This document shows positions 28,117 through 39,371 of a stretch of 64,000 bases of DNA, piece after piece (positions within the stretch are counted from its first letter, which is position 1; each line of letters starts with the position of its first letter). The notes under the pieces were generated by a model. That model was not told the origin of the DNA. It was given only the letters and a program-made list of their open reading frames with translations, and did no database searches. Origin of the DNA: a bacterium. GTDB taxonomy: Bacteria > UBA8248 > JACPRG01 > G963555815. A program made the translations under genes and the position numbers. The stretch lies in contig OZ244653.1 in the NCBI GenBank assembly GCA_965218795.1, positions 224,001 through 288,000 on the forward strand. Direction: 5' to 3'.

Positions 28117-28194
28117 GAATGGATTCGGCAGGGCATGCACCGATCCCGCGATGAGATGGGATCAGGTTCGAACCCTGCGCAATTGGATAGGCGT

Positions 28195-30369
28195 ATGATC
28201 CGTCTCGAAGACATCATCGCAAAACTCGAGGCTTATCTCGCGGAGGAGGAAATCGACCTCGTCCGGAAGGCCTACGTGTACTGCGCCAAGGTACACGGCG
28301 GACAGGTTCGCCTCTCGGGCGAGCCCTACCTCTCGCATCCCCTCGAAGTCGCCGGGATTCTGGCGAACCTGCACCTGGACGCCACCAGCGTCGCCGTCGG
28401 GCTTTTGCACGATACGGTGGAAGACACCCGCACCGAGGCGGAAGACATCCGCAGCATGTTCGACGACACCCTCGCCGATCTCGTGGAGGCCCTGACCAAG
28501 ATCGGTCAGATCGAAGCCTCCAGCGCACACGATCGGCAGGCCGATAATTTCCGCAAGATGCTCATGGCCATGTCGCAAGATCTGCGGGTCATCATCATCA
28601 AGCTGGCCGACCGGCTCCACAACATGAGGACGCTCGAATTCCACAAGCCGGACAAGCGCCAGGCCATCGCCCGGGAAACAATGGACATCTATGCGCCGCT
28701 GGCCAACCGTCTCGGCCTTGGCTGGATCAAAGAGGAACTGGAGGAGACGGCGTTTTGTTACCTCAATCCCCAGGAGTACGAGGACATCAGCCGGCGGCTC
28801 GCGGCCAGCAAAGAAGACAGAGAAGCTTACGTTCAGGAAGTGGCGGATGCCCTGGAGGCCGATTTGAAGAAGTCCTCACTGAACGTCCGGATCATGGGGC
28901 GGACCAAGACCATCCCGAGCATCCACCGGAAACTCGTCGCCCAGAACGTCACCATCGATCAGATTTACGACATTACAGCGCTGCGAATCATCATCGACTC
29001 CGTCAGGGACTGCTACGCCGTCCTGGGGGTGATCCATACGCTGTGGATGCCGATCCCGGGCCGGTTCAAGGACTTCGTCGCCCTGCCCAAGGCGAACATG
29101 TACCAGTCCATCCACACCACCGTGCTTGGACCCCGCGGCCACCGGGTGGAATTTCAGGTCCGGACGGCGGAGATGCACAGCGTGGCCGAGTCGGGAATCG
29201 CCGCCCACTGGCTGTACAAGGAAGGCCGGCCCCAGGAGGAGCGTGAGGATGAGCGGTTCAACTGGCTGCGCCAGCTTCTCGAATGGCAAAAAGAAGTGCA
29301 GGACCCCAAGGAATACATGCACACCCTGCGGACCGACCTCTTCCAGGAAGAGGTCTATGTCTTCACCCCCAACGGCAGGGTCATTGAGCTGCCCCGAGAT
29401 GCCACACCGGTGGATTTCGCCTACCTGATTCATACCGATATCGGCAATCACTGCACCGGTGCCAAGGTGAACGGAAAGATGGTTCCCCTCAAGCGGCCGC
29501 TGGAAAACGGCGAGATTGTCGAGATCATCACCTCGCCCCATCGAAAACCCAGCCGGGACTGGTTGAAGTTTGTCAAGACCGGCCGCGCGCGGTCCAAGAT
29601 CCGGGCCTTTCTGCGGTCCGAGGAAAAGGATCGCGCCCTGGGGCTGGGCCGCGAGATCCTGGAAAAGGAGTTGACCCGCTACGCGGTGAAGCCCGGAAGC
29701 GGGATGCTGAAAGAGAGGAAACTGGGAGAGGCGGCGCGCTCGCTGGGCTTACCGTCGGCGGAAGAGGTTTTCCTGGGTCTGGGTTTCGGACGTCTGGCGC
29801 CCCGCCAGGTCCTGTCAAAACTCCTCCCGCCCGAAGTGCTCCAGGCTCATCACAGGGGCGGGGAACGCCTGCCCCAGCGGGAACCTTCCGAAATGGGCCC
29901 CCAGGAGGCCCATGTCAAAGTGAAGAACGTTGAGGATGTGCTGGTCCGGCCGGCGGGGTGCTGCAATCCGGTGCCCGGGGAGCCCATCGTCGGCTATATC
30001 ACGCGGGGGAGGGGAGTGACGATTCACAGCGTCGATTGCCCCAACGTGGGTATGCTGGATTACGAACCGGACCGCCGGGTCGACGTGGAATGGGACGTGG
30101 AAACGGACGCGCAATACATCGTCGAGTTGCGGCTCGAATCCGTGGACGAGCCGGGCATCCTGGCCAAGATCAGCGGGGTCCTCGCCGACAACCACGCCAA
30201 CATCGTCCATATCCAGGCTGAAACGCCCGAGAGTGGAGAGGCGGCCGTGATCCATTCCGGCATCCAGATCCAGAACCTCAAGCATTTGGAGAAGGTGGTG
30301 AGGGGGCTTCGGGCGATCCCGGGTCTCCTCAAGGTCGAGCGCGTGAAAGGCGCGCCCGTCCGTCATTAG
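28195..30369 (+). CDS. relA: bifunctional (p)ppGpp synthetase/hydrolase Rel
   Basis: HD domain (LLHDTVED), ADRLHNMRT, YQSIHT, EFQVRT, TGS and ACT domains. Confidence 0.95.
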   Translation: MIRLEDIIAKLEAYLAEEEIDLVRKAYVYCAKVHGGQVRLSGEPYLSHPLEVAGILANLHLDATSVAVGLLHDTVEDTRTEAEDIRSMFDDTLADLVEALTKIGQIEASSAHDRQADNFRKMLMAMSQDLRVIIIKLADRLHNMRTLEFHKPDKRQAIARETMDIYAPLANRLGLGWIKEELEETAFCYLNPQEYEDISRRLAASKEDREAYVQEVADALEADLKKSSLNVRIMGRTKTIPSIHRKLVAQNVTIDQIYDITALRIIIDSVRDCYAVLGVIHTLWMPIPGRFKDFVALPKANMYQSIHTTVLGPRGHRVEFQVRTAEMHSVAESGIAAHWLYKEGRPQEEREDERFNWLRQLLEWQKEVQDPKEYMHTLRTDLFQEEVYVFTPNGRVIELPRDATPVDFAYLIHTDIGNHCTGAKVNGKMVPLKRPLENGEIVEIITSPHRKPSRDWLKFVKTGRARSKIRAFLRSEEKDRALGLGREILEKELTRYAVKPGSGMLKERKLGEAARSLGLPSAEEVFLGLGFGRLAPRQVLSKLLPPEVLQAHHRGGERLPQREPSEMGPQEAHVKVKNVEDVLVRPAGCCNPVPGEPIVGYITRGRGVTIHSVDCPNVGMLDYEPDRRVDVEWDVETDAQYIVELRLESVDEPGILAKISGVLADNHANIVHIQAETPESGEAAVIHSGIQIQNLKHLEKVVRGLRAIPGLLKVERVKGAPVRH

Positions 30370-30461
30370 GCCGACACGGAAAAGCGGTTTTTTGGCTGGG
30401 ATTTTCGTAAGGTGAATCTGGCCCTGCAGGAAAGGATCGAGGTGGGGGAAACCGCCGTCCT

Positions 30462-30689
30462 CTAGCTTGACGCTTCCGCTTTCGGTTGGGAGCTGCTGCG
30501 GACGGCCTTCTGCACCTTGCCGGAACGAATGCAGGATGTGCAGACGGTCATTCGCTTTGCTCCACCGGCAACTTGCACGCGGATACGCTGAAGATTGGGT
30601 TCCCAGCGGCGTTTGGATACCTTGTGCGCATGGCTCACCCGGTGACCGACCATCGGGCCTTTTCCGCATACTTCACAACGTTTTGACAC
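30462..30689 (-). CDS. rpmB: 50S ribosomal protein L28
   Basis: SKRCEVCGKGPMVGHRVSHAH...RRWEPNLQ...CTSCIRSGK. Confidence 0.93.
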   Translation of the reverse strand: MSKRCEVCGKGPMVGHRVSHAHKVSKRRWEPNLQRIRVQVAGGAKRMTVCTSCIRSGKVQKAVRSSSQPKAEASS

Positions 30690-30888
30690 GGCGTCAATCC
30701 TCTCCAAAACCCGTTGAGGGCGCCCCTCTGAAGCGCTTCAAGATACAAGAATTACGTAAATTATCACCTCGCTCCGGTTCGTGCAAATCTTTTTGGTCCG
30801 GTCTGGGACGGGCGGAGATTCTCACGAAGTCCGATCGGACCATCAGGCTTCGATCTGACGTCCCTTCTTTTGAAGCATCCCTTCCCCC

Positions 30889-33423
30889 GTGAACCGGTCC
30901 GCCGCCCTCGATAAGCTCCGGAGACCCCTGGAGTTCGCCTCCCGCAACGATTTCGCAAAGATTGATTCCGTCTCGGGACTCGAGCGGTCCATCAATGTCT
31001 GGCTCGATGAGCTGGAAGCCGAGCATCCGCAGGGATTCGTCCTGTCCATTCTCAAAACCCTGAGACGGAACTTCGCCGGATTCGACGCCTCGGGCTCAGA
31101 GGAAAAGCGCGTTCGGCTGTCCGAGGCGCTGAAGCTTTTGAAGCGCATCGAGGGCCTGGTCGAGGGGGCGGATGTTCCGAATGTCCAAACCCATCCCGAC
31201 GCAGCCCGCCCGGAGTCTTCCGGGAAAGAAGGATTGCACCGGCCCGGGTCCCTCCTCCTCCGTGAAAGCCGGCCTGAAAAACCCTCGCTCGCCGATAGCG
31301 TGCAGACGGTCCGCGGGGTCGGACCCAAGCGGGCCGAGGTCTTTGGTCGACTCGGCATTCGCACGGTCGGCGATGCACTCTTCTTTCTGCCGCGAAAGTA
31401 TGTGGATCGATCCCGCCTCCAGCCGATCTCCGCGCTCCAGCCGGGACATGAGCAGACCTTCTCCGGCGCCGTCGTGGGAAGTGGAGTCGCGTATCGCGGG
31501 CGGGGAAGGAGGATGTTCGAGGTCACGGTCACGGATTCGACGGGGGTGATCACGGCGGTTTGGTTCGTTTTCCGTAAGGCGTACATGGAGGAGCGATACC
31601 CGGTGGGCCGGTCCTTCGTGTTCAGCGGCGTGATGCGGTCGAACGCCCGGCGGGGTGGCCGCCTGGAAATCCATCATCCTGATGTCGAGGATCTGGATGG
31701 GGAAGGCGGGCAGCCCGAATCCCTGCACATGGGCCGAGTCGTTTCGTTTTATCCGTCCACGGAAGGAGTGCATCAAAGGTCCTTCCGGACGTTCATCCGC
31801 AGAGTGGTCGATGATTTTGCGGACCAGGTAGTCGATGTCGTCCCGTCGGAGATCACGGCCCGAAGGAACCTGGTCCCCCTTCGGGAGGCGCTGCGCGGCG
31901 TGCACTTTCCACCTTCGCCCGACGAAACGGATGCATTGCCGCCGGAGGAAACGGCGGTGGAAGCGCTGAACGCCGGGATTTCATCCTGGCACCGGAGGCT
32001 GATCTTCGATGAGCTGTTTACCCTTCAAACCGGCCTTGCCATTCGCCGGGACCGGCGCCTCCGTTCCCTGAGGCCGATTCGGTACGAGGCGGACGGGCCC
32101 CTCACCGGAGGGTTCCTGGAAGGGCTTCCTTTTTCGCTGACACCCGCGCAAAAGAGGGTGATTGGCGAGATCGCGGCCGACTTTCGCTCCTCTTCGCCCA
32201 TGAACCGTCTTCTTCAGGGCGACGTGGGGAGCGGAAAGACGGTCATCGCCGTCTGGAGCGCCATGGCGGCCATCCAGAGCGGTCACCAGGCCGCCCTGTT
32301 GGCGCCGACGGAGATCCTGGCCGAGCAGCACGCGGCCAATATCCGCCGCTGGACCAATCCGCTGGGGGTCTCCTCCGGCCTCCTCACCGGGGGGATGATC
32401 CGGAAGGAGCGGGAGTCGCTTCTGGCCCGGGTGGCCGACGGCACGGTCGGTCTCTTGGTCGGGACGCACGCGCTGATACAGGAGGAGGTCCGGTTCCAAT
32501 CCCTGGCCCTTGCTATCGCGGACGAGCAGCACCGTTTCGGGGTCCTTCAGCGTTCGGCGCTTCGGGAAAAAGGTAAAGAAACCGACGCCCTGATCATGAC
32601 GGCCACGCCCATCCCCCGAAGCCTGTCGCTCACTCTGTATGGGGATCTTGATTTGTCCGTTTTGGACGAGATGCCTCCGGGGCGGGTTCCCATCGAGACG
32701 CGGGTTTCGGTTGGGGGAGGGGCGGAGGAAGAATGGGAGCTGCTCCTTCGCGAGTTGAGAGGAGGGCGGCAGGGGTATTTCGTATATCCGCTGGTGGAGG
32801 AAACCGAGCGCTCGGATATGGAAGCGGCCGTCGAGTCGGCGGACAGGCTGTGCAAGCAGCTTGATCCCCTTCGCGTCGGGCTCCTTCACGGGCGGATGAA
32901 GGGGGAGGAGAAAGAGGCCGTCATGGACCGCTTCCGTCATCGTGAAATTGACCTGCTGGTCACGACGATCGTTGTGGAAGTCGGGGTGGACGTCCCCAAC
33001 GCCACGGTGATGTGGGTCGAGCACGCGGATCGGTACGGCCTGGCCCAGCTTCACCAGTTGCGGGGAAGAGTCGGGCGGGGGAGCCGGAAGTCCTATTGCA
33101 TCCTTCGGGCCGCGCCGCCGTTGACCGATGGGGCGGAAGCGCGGCTGTCCGTCATGGCCGAGACGAACGACGGTTTCGTCGTGGCCGACCGCGACCTGGA
33201 GATTCGCGGGGCCGGCGAGGTTTTCGGGATCCGGCAGGCCGGGGCCCCCGACCTGCGGTTCATCCGTCTTCTCCGTCACACGGGCCTGCTCTTCCAGGCG
33301 CGCGAGGACGCTTTCCGGCTCGTGGAATCCGATCCGGGGCTTTCCCGTTCAGAGCACCGGGAATTGAAAGACTGGGTCAGGAAGCGGTGGGGCGAACGGC
33401 TGGACCTGGCCGCCGTGGGGTAG
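30889..33423 (+). CDS. recG: ATP-dependent DNA helicase RecG
   Basis: LQGDVGSGKT, DEQHRFG, MTATPIPR, QLHQLRGRVGRG, DLEIRG. Confidence 0.95.
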   Translation: MNRSAALDKLRRPLEFASRNDFAKIDSVSGLERSINVWLDELEAEHPQGFVLSILKTLRRNFAGFDASGSEEKRVRLSEALKLLKRIEGLVEGADVPNVQTHPDAARPESSGKEGLHRPGSLLLRESRPEKPSLADSVQTVRGVGPKRAEVFGRLGIRTVGDALFFLPRKYVDRSRLQPISALQPGHEQTFSGAVVGSGVAYRGRGRRMFEVTVTDSTGVITAVWFVFRKAYMEERYPVGRSFVFSGVMRSNARRGGRLEIHHPDVEDLDGEGGQPESLHMGRVVSFYPSTEGVHQRSFRTFIRRVVDDFADQVVDVVPSEITARRNLVPLREALRGVHFPPSPDETDALPPEETAVEALNAGISSWHRRLIFDELFTLQTGLAIRRDRRLRSLRPIRYEADGPLTGGFLEGLPFSLTPAQKRVIGEIAADFRSSSPMNRLLQGDVGSGKTVIAVWSAMAAIQSGHQAALLAPTEILAEQHAANIRRWTNPLGVSSGLLTGGMIRKERESLLARVADGTVGLLVGTHALIQEEVRFQSLALAIADEQHRFGVLQRSALREKGKETDALIMTATPIPRSLSLTLYGDLDLSVLDEMPPGRVPIETRVSVGGGAEEEWELLLRELRGGRQGYFVYPLVEETERSDMEAAVESADRLCKQLDPLRVGLLHGRMKGEEKEAVMDRFRHREIDLLVTTIVVEVGVDVPNATVMWVEHADRYGLAQLHQLRGRVGRGSRKSYCILRAAPPLTDGAEARLSVMAETNDGFVVADRDLEIRGAGEVFGIRQAGAPDLRFIRLLRHTGLLFQAREDAFRLVESDPGLSRSEHRELKDWVRKRWGERLDLAAVG

Positions 33424-33465
33424 TGGGGTAAGCCGCAGGCCGACTGGCTGGGCTTTCCGGAAGCG

Positions 33466-34542
33466 TTATTTTTTAAGGACGATCTTGATCCGCTGGCCGG
33501 CCTTCAGCGGGGTGTTGTCATCGAAATCGTTGAGGAGGGCGAGCTCAAGGGAGAAGTTCTGGTTGCCGAGGAATTGTTCCGAGATGTCGCGAAGAGTTTC
33601 TCCCCCGCGCGTCCGATAGACCCGGATGCGCATACCTTCCTCGCGCTCACCGTAAATCAGCCCGGAGAGGTGACCCTTGTAGCGAGCTGCGTTCACCCTT
33701 AAATTCTTGTGTTTCCGGGCGAGCGTGTGTGACAACTCGTCCAGCTTGAGGAGGCGCAGCGTGGTGCCGGGATGAGACGCTCCGAAGCCGTGATAGCCAA
33801 TGCCGCGGAGGCGCTCCAGCTGACGGAGGCGCCGCATGAATTTGGCGGCTTCCTGAGGGTCGTACCCTGCCTTGGTGGCATAATACAGCCCCTTTTCGTC
33901 GGCCTCGAACTCAAAATCGCGCCCGTGTCCGTTGAGGATGTTGGCCGTGATGGCCTGTGTTATCGTAATGGCGGGCCCGATGACTCCCGTCCCCGCGGCT
34001 GCTCCGACACCCGCGGCCGCGATGGTTAGGATCTGAGCGCCCAGTGCCTTCGTCATTTGCCGCGCGCCATGCCGCTGGGTGACGTGCGCGATCTCATGCC
34101 CCAGGACGCCGGCCAGTTCGGCCTCGCTGTTCAGCGCGGCCAGCATTCCGCGAGTGATATAGATATACCCCCCCGGCAGGGCCAGCGCATTCTCCTGATG
34201 AACGTCGATCACCTTGAAATGATAGGTATAGGCTTTTCGGTTGACCATCGCCGCGATTTTTTTGCCGATCCTCTCGACGTACTGCTGCAGGAACGGGTCG
34301 GGATAGTAGCCCATCTGCTTGAGGATGAACGGGTCGTACTTTTTACCGATGGACCGCTCGGTTTTGGCGCTGATCACGGAGATGCCCTGGGCCGAGCTCG
34401 ATTCAGGATGCCCGATTCCTGCAGCAGTCAGGGCGAAAAGGCAGACAAAGACCTTGAGCTCCGCGGCATATCCAATGCGAGCCGCCGATTTCATGGAAAA
34501 CCGGAATTTCTCGGCAATGGTTGTCAATTTTCTTCCACTCAT
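33466..34542 (-). CDS. M48-family Zn metalloprotease (BepA-like) with LysM-like C-terminus
   Basis: NALALPGG, GHEIAHV (HExxH), EFEAD, SHP; signal peptide. Confidence 0.85.
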   Translation of the reverse strand: MSGRKLTTIAEKFRFSMKSAARIGYAAELKVFVCLFALTAAGIGHPESSSAQGISVISAKTERSIGKKYDPFILKQMGYYPDPFLQQYVERIGKKIAAMVNRKAYTYHFKVIDVHQENALALPGGYIYITRGMLAALNSEAELAGVLGHEIAHVTQRHGARQMTKALGAQILTIAAAGVGAAAGTGVIGPAITITQAITANILNGHGRDFEFEADEKGLYYATKAGYDPQEAAKFMRRLRQLERLRGIGYHGFGASHPGTTLRLLKLDELSHTLARKHKNLRVNAARYKGHLSGLIYGEREEGMRIRVYRTRGGETLRDISEQFLGNQNFSLELALLNDFDDNTPLKAGQRIKIVLKK

Positions 34543-35268
34543 TCAGGGACTTGCGTTATGCGATAACCGGAATTTCGCACAACTACGATTCCATTAAACA
34601 TAACCCTTCAGGCGTTCCCTGGCGAGAAAAATCAACGATTCGTCAACCGCGATAAATCCGAAGGGCTCATCTCGATTGACGTGCATTTTCTTCAGGTATC
34701 GGTGAGGACCTGGATTTTCCTGTCTATCAACGGACGAGGGAAAAGGCCCGGTGCGCGCTGCTGCTGAATCGGGGACAGCGATACACTGATAAAGATCAAA
34801 CACGTGGTTACGTCCGCATTGGGTGAAGATTCTATACGAAGCGCAGCTATCTCGCCAACTACGAAGAATACCGAGAGCGGAATTTCTCGAAATTTCTGTC
34901 GGACGAGAGCGTCCCGAATGGTTCCGGGAATTCATCCTTCATTATGGCCGATAAGGGGGAATAGGGACGAATTCGATCACCCCCACCCGACACCCGTTTA
35001 CGCTTCGTTCAATCCTGCTGGTTTCTGATCGCGCCAACCCATCGCCAAAGCCGGAAATCCGTTTGAATTCGTTGACTTCACGCAGCTGAAGCCGTGCTAT
35101 AATGCCGTCCGGCTTTGAACAGAGCCGCTCGAAATTGTTATGGCTCCCCTGCCTTTGTACCCCGGAGAAACCAGTTTGACTTTTCCCGCCCGGGTCTGAG
35201 TGCGCCCCGGCGGAAAGGTGTGTTTGCTTTCGAGTTGCGGGGACCGGACGAAAGGAGGAAGAGGGGTT

Positions 35269-35949
35269 ATGGGGGAAGATGCCAAGGCCTATCTGGCGGA
35301 GGCGATCGGAACGTTTGGCCTGTGCTTCATCGGGGCAGGGGCGATCATCACCAATCAGATGACCGGCGGGGCCGTCGGGTTGATCGGGATCGCGCTGGCC
35401 CACGGGATCGTTCTGGCGGTGATGGTTTCCGCGCTGGGACATGTATCCGGCGCCCACGTCAATCCGGCGGTGACCATCGGCCTCCTGGTCGGGGGCAAAA
35501 TTTCCGGCGGCAAGGCGGTCGGGTACATCATTTCACAGTTGGTTGGAGGCACTATCGCCGGTCTGCTTCTTCGGGCGATCTATCCGGTATCGGTGTGGGC
35601 TCCGGTCAACCTGGGGACTCCCGGCCTGGGGGAAGGCGTGAGCGCAGGGACGGGGGTTCTGGTCGAGATCATCCTGACTTTCTTCCTGGTGACCGCGGTC
35701 TACGGCACGGCCGTCGATGAGAAGGCGCCGAAAATCGGCGGGTTCGGGATCGGGCTGGTGCTGGTATTCGATATCCTCATGGGGGGGCCGTTGACCGGGG
35801 CGTCGATGAATCCGGCCAGGACGTTCGGTCCCGCCGTGGCATCCGGGTTTTGGGACGCCCACTGGGTCTACTGGGTCGGGCCGATCGCCGGAGGAATCCT
35901 CGCGGCCATCGCCTACAAGCTGTGCTCGGGGGGAAGTTCTTCCGACTGA
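35269..35949 (+). CDS. MIP-family channel (aquaporin)
   Basis: [10 protein letters not shown] and [13 protein letters not shown]. Confidence 0.92.
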   Translation: MGEDAKAYLAEAIGTFGLCFIGAGAIITNQMTGGAVGLIGIALAHGIVLAVMVSALGHVSGAHVNPAVTIGLLVGGKISGGKAVGYIISQLVGGTIAGLLLRAIYPVSVWAPVNLGTPGLGEGVSAGTGVLVEIILTFFLVTAVYGTAVDEKAPKIGGFGIGLVLVFDILMGGPLTGASMNPARTFGPAVASGFWDAHWVYWVGPIAGGILAAIAYKLCSGGSSSD

Positions 35950-35974
35950 CACTGAGCCGAACGCATCGAAAGAA

Positions 35975-36006
35975 CAAAGGCGGGGCCTTCCGAGGCCTCG
36001 CTTTTG
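35975..36006 (+). terminator. rho-independent terminator
   Basis: CAAAGGCGGGGCCT-TCCG-AGGCCTCGCTTTTG hairpin. Confidence 0.55.
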
Positions 36007-36081
36007 CATTGTGGACCCCGCCGCCTATACTGAAAGGTTATTCTGCCGTCTGCTTGAACCGTCAAGGGGAACCTGGGGCCA

Positions 36082-38931
36082 ATGGCTGAGCGAAAGATCG
36101 TCATCAAGGGCGCCCGCGAGCACAATCTGAAGAACATCCACGCGGAGATTCCCAGGGACAAGCTCATCGTCATCACGGGGATCAGCGGTTCCGGGAAGTC
36201 CTCCCTGGCGTTCGACACCCTCTATGCGGAGGGGCAGCGGCGGTACGTGGAGTCCCTGTCCGCCTACGCCCGGCAGTTCCTGGAGCAGATGGACAAGCCG
36301 GACGTGGATTCGATTGAGGGCCTCTCCCCGGCCATTTCCATTGAGCAGAAGACGACCGGCAAGAACCCCCGATCCACCGTCGGGACGGTCACCGAAATCT
36401 ACGACCACATGCGTCTGCTCTACGCACGCGCGGGCCGGCCGCATTGTCCCCAGTGCGGCAAGCCCATCGCCTCTCAGACCATCCAGCAGATGGTCGATCA
36501 GGCGCTCACGTTCCCGATCGAGACGCGCGTGCAGATTCTCGCGCCCATCGTCCGGGGCCGGAAGGGAGAGTATCGGAAGGAGCTGGCGGACATCGCCCGG
36601 CGGGGATTTGTGCGGGCGCGGGTGGACGGGCGGATCGTGGATCTGTCCGAGCGCGTCGAGCTGAAAAAAAGCCTCACGCACGATATCGAGGTGGTCGTCG
36701 ATCGCCTGACCCTTCGAAAGGGCGCGGAGAGCCGCCTGGCCGATTCTCTTGAAACGGCCCTCCGCCTCACGGACGGTCTCGCCATTCTCTGGGTGGATGA
36801 AGGGGAGGAGATCCTTTTCAGCGAGAAGTTTGCCTGCCCCGATTGCGGGATCGGTTTTCCCGATCTGGCCCCGCGCATGTTCTCTTTCAACAGTCCCTAC
36901 GGTGCGTGCGAGGCGTGCAACGGTCTCGGGTACCAGCCCAACGTCGACCCGGACCTGGTGGTTCCGGACAAATCCCTCTCCCTGCGGGCGGGAGCCGTCC
37001 GGCCGTGGTCGGAGAAAATGTCTTCCAGTTACTTCCGGGTGCTGGAGACGCTGGCGAAGCATTACAAGGCCGACTTGGACCTACCGTTTGAGAAGCTGAC
37101 GAAACGGTTTCAGAAAATTCTCATGGAAGGCTCGGGGGCGGAGGAGATATGGTTTCGGCAGGAATTCGGCGGACGCCGGCAGAAGTTCCGCGGCCCTTTC
37201 GAGGGCGTGGTCCCCCTGCTGGAGCGTCGCTATCAAGAGACGACGTCGCCCGACGTCCGGCAGGAGATAGAATCCTACATGTCCCTCCAGCCGTGCGCGG
37301 CCTGCGGGGGCCAACGGCTCAAGCCGGAAAGCCGGGCCGTCCTGATCGACGGCAAGGGGATCGGCGAGGTCACGGCACAGTCGGTCAAGCGGGCGAAGCA
37401 ATTCTTCAAAAACCTTCTCCTGTCCCCGAATGAAATGGAGATCGGCGAGCGAATCCTGCGCGAAATTGCGGACAGGCTGGAGTTTCTCTCCCGCGTGGGC
37501 CTGGATTACCTCACGCTCGACCGGCGGGCGGCCACGCTGGCCGGCGGGGAGGCGCAGCGGATCCGCCTGGCCACGCAGGTGGGAGCCAGCCTCGTGGGCG
37601 TGCTGTACATCCTGGACGAGCCCAGCATCGGCCTCCACCAGAGAGACAACCGGCGTCTCCTCGATACCCTCACGCGCCTGCGGGATCTGGGAAACACCGT
37701 CGTCGTGGTCGAGCATGACGAGGAGACCATCCGGTCGGCGGACTTTGTTCTGGACCTGGGGCCCGGCGCGGGACTTGACGGCGGCTATGTCGTTGCCCAG
37801 GGGTCCCCGCCGGAAGTCATGGCGAACCCTCAATCACTGACAGGTCAGTACCTTTCCGGCGTTCGGTCGATCCCCGTTCCGGGTTTTCGGAGGATCCGCG
37901 ACGGCCGGACCGTCTCCGTGATGGGCGCGTCCGAAAACAATCTGCAAAACATCGAAGTGCACTTTCCCCTGGGGGTTTTCACATGCGTAACCGGTGTATC
38001 CGGATCGGGGAAGAGCACGCTGGTCACTGAGATTCTCTACAAGGCCCTCGCCCAGAAACTTTACCGGAGTACGGACCGCCCGGGGGCGCACCGGGAGATC
38101 CGGGGCATCGAGCACATCGACAAGGTCATTGACATCGATCAGTCGCCCATCGGCCGCACGCCGAGAAGCAACCCCGCCACGTACACGGGCGTTTTTACCT
38201 TTATCCGGGAAATGTTCGCACAGGTCCCCGAGGCCCGGAAGCGCGCGTACAAGCCGGGGCGCTTCAGCTTCAACCTCAAGGGCGGACGCTGCGAGGCGTG
38301 CCAGGGGGACGGCCTCATCCGCGTGGAGATGCACTTCCTGCCGGACTTGTATGTTTCCTGCCAGGTGTGCAAGGGGCGCCGCTTCAACCGGGAGACGCTC
38401 GAAGTGCGCTACAAGGGACATTCGATCGCGGACGTTCTGGACATGACGGTCGATCAGGCGCTCGAATTTTTCGAAAACGTCCCGAACGCCCGCAACAAGC
38501 TTCAAACCCTGGCCGACGTGGGTCTGGGGTACGTGCGGCTCGGGCAGTCGGCGACCACCCTGTCAGGCGGCGAGGCCCAGCGGGTCAAGCTCTCCAAGGA
38601 GCTGAGCAAGCGCGCCACCGGCCGGACGCTCTATATCCTGGATGAGCCGACGACCGGTCTTCATTTCGCGGATGTGCAGAAACTGCTCGACGTCCTCCAC
38701 CGGCTGACCGATACCGGCAACACGATCATCGTCATCGAGCACAACCTGGAAGTCGTCAAGACGGCGGATTACATCATCGACCTGGGGCCGGAGGGGGGAG
38801 ATGACGGCGGCAGGGTCGTGGCCGAGGGAACGCCGGAAGAGGTGACGGGCATCTCCGAATCCGAGACCGGAAAGTTCCTGAACAATATCCTCAACACGTC
38901 CGCCAGGCTGGTTTCTCTCAAAGGCGCCTGA
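36082..38931 (+). CDS. uvrA: excinuclease ABC subunit A
   Basis: [23 protein letters not shown]; two ABC domains; Zn fingers. Confidence 0.97.
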   Translation: MAERKIVIKGAREHNLKNIHAEIPRDKLIVITGISGSGKSSLAFDTLYAEGQRRYVESLSAYARQFLEQMDKPDVDSIEGLSPAISIEQKTTGKNPRSTVGTVTEIYDHMRLLYARAGRPHCPQCGKPIASQTIQQMVDQALTFPIETRVQILAPIVRGRKGEYRKELADIARRGFVRARVDGRIVDLSERVELKKSLTHDIEVVVDRLTLRKGAESRLADSLETALRLTDGLAILWVDEGEEILFSEKFACPDCGIGFPDLAPRMFSFNSPYGACEACNGLGYQPNVDPDLVVPDKSLSLRAGAVRPWSEKMSSSYFRVLETLAKHYKADLDLPFEKLTKRFQKILMEGSGAEEIWFRQEFGGRRQKFRGPFEGVVPLLERRYQETTSPDVRQEIESYMSLQPCAACGGQRLKPESRAVLIDGKGIGEVTAQSVKRAKQFFKNLLLSPNEMEIGERILREIADRLEFLSRVGLDYLTLDRRAATLAGGEAQRIRLATQVGASLVGVLYILDEPSIGLHQRDNRRLLDTLTRLRDLGNTVVVVEHDEETIRSADFVLDLGPGAGLDGGYVVAQGSPPEVMANPQSLTGQYLSGVRSIPVPGFRRIRDGRTVSVMGASENNLQNIEVHFPLGVFTCVTGVSGSGKSTLVTEILYKALAQKLYRSTDRPGAHREIRGIEHIDKVIDIDQSPIGRTPRSNPATYTGVFTFIREMFAQVPEARKRAYKPGRFSFNLKGGRCEACQGDGLIRVEMHFLPDLYVSCQVCKGRRFNRETLEVRYKGHSIADVLDMTVDQALEFFENVPNARNKLQTLADVGLGYVRLGQSATTLSGGEAQRVKLSKELSKRATGRTLYILDEPTTGLHFADVQKLLDVLHRLTDTGNTIIVIEHNLEVVKTADYIIDLGPEGGDDGGRVVAEGTPEEVTGISESETGKFLNNILNTSARLVSLKGA

Positions 38932-38993
38932 CTCATCGGCCTCGCTGTAACTATCGTGTTCAATTCCGCCGGTTCACACAACGACGAATCATC

Positions 38994-39114
38994 CGGGCGG
39001 GTACGGAACCCACCCCTACGGCTGAACCGCGTCTTTCTCAAGTAGGAACCGGCTTCAAACTCACCCGCGTCTGCCTTCATGAAAAATCGGGCCGGGACGG
39101 TGGCCGGCCCCTAC
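38994..39114. repeat. cluster of degenerate GTAG-type REP elements
   Basis: CGGGCGGGTACGGAACCCACCCCTACG; GTAGGAACCGGCTTCAAACTCACCCG; GGGCCGGGACGGTGGCCGGCCCCTAC. Confidence 0.5.
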
Positions 39115-39371
39115 AGCGATAAAAACTCTGGTCTGCCGTAGAACGGTCTTCCCCGTCCCCTCCCTCGGGCGACTCCGCTCCAGACCATGTAATGCCAAGA
39201 TACAAAGGGCCGTTCTTCAGTCGGAGGCTCTCCGTCTCGGCCCGCTTGTGGCATCGAGAAGCTTGAGACGTTTGGCTTGAGACAACGCTTCCGGTTGCCT
39301 CATCTGATTGACGCAAATGAGAGCTGAATGATCCAAACCAGCCGGACATCTTTCCTTGCGAGCGGTCCTGG

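Noticed and set aside
28160-28180. GGTTCGAACCC as a tRNA T-loop
   Set aside because: No acceptor, D or anticodon arms; it is part of a simple hairpin.
30889-31290. N-terminal extension of RecG
   Set aside because: Extended RecG N-termini are known in several lineages; nothing here marks it as novel.
34560-35200. Lower-GC 640-bp intergenic stretch
   Set aside because: No convincing ORF, repeat or RNA structure could be supported by eye.
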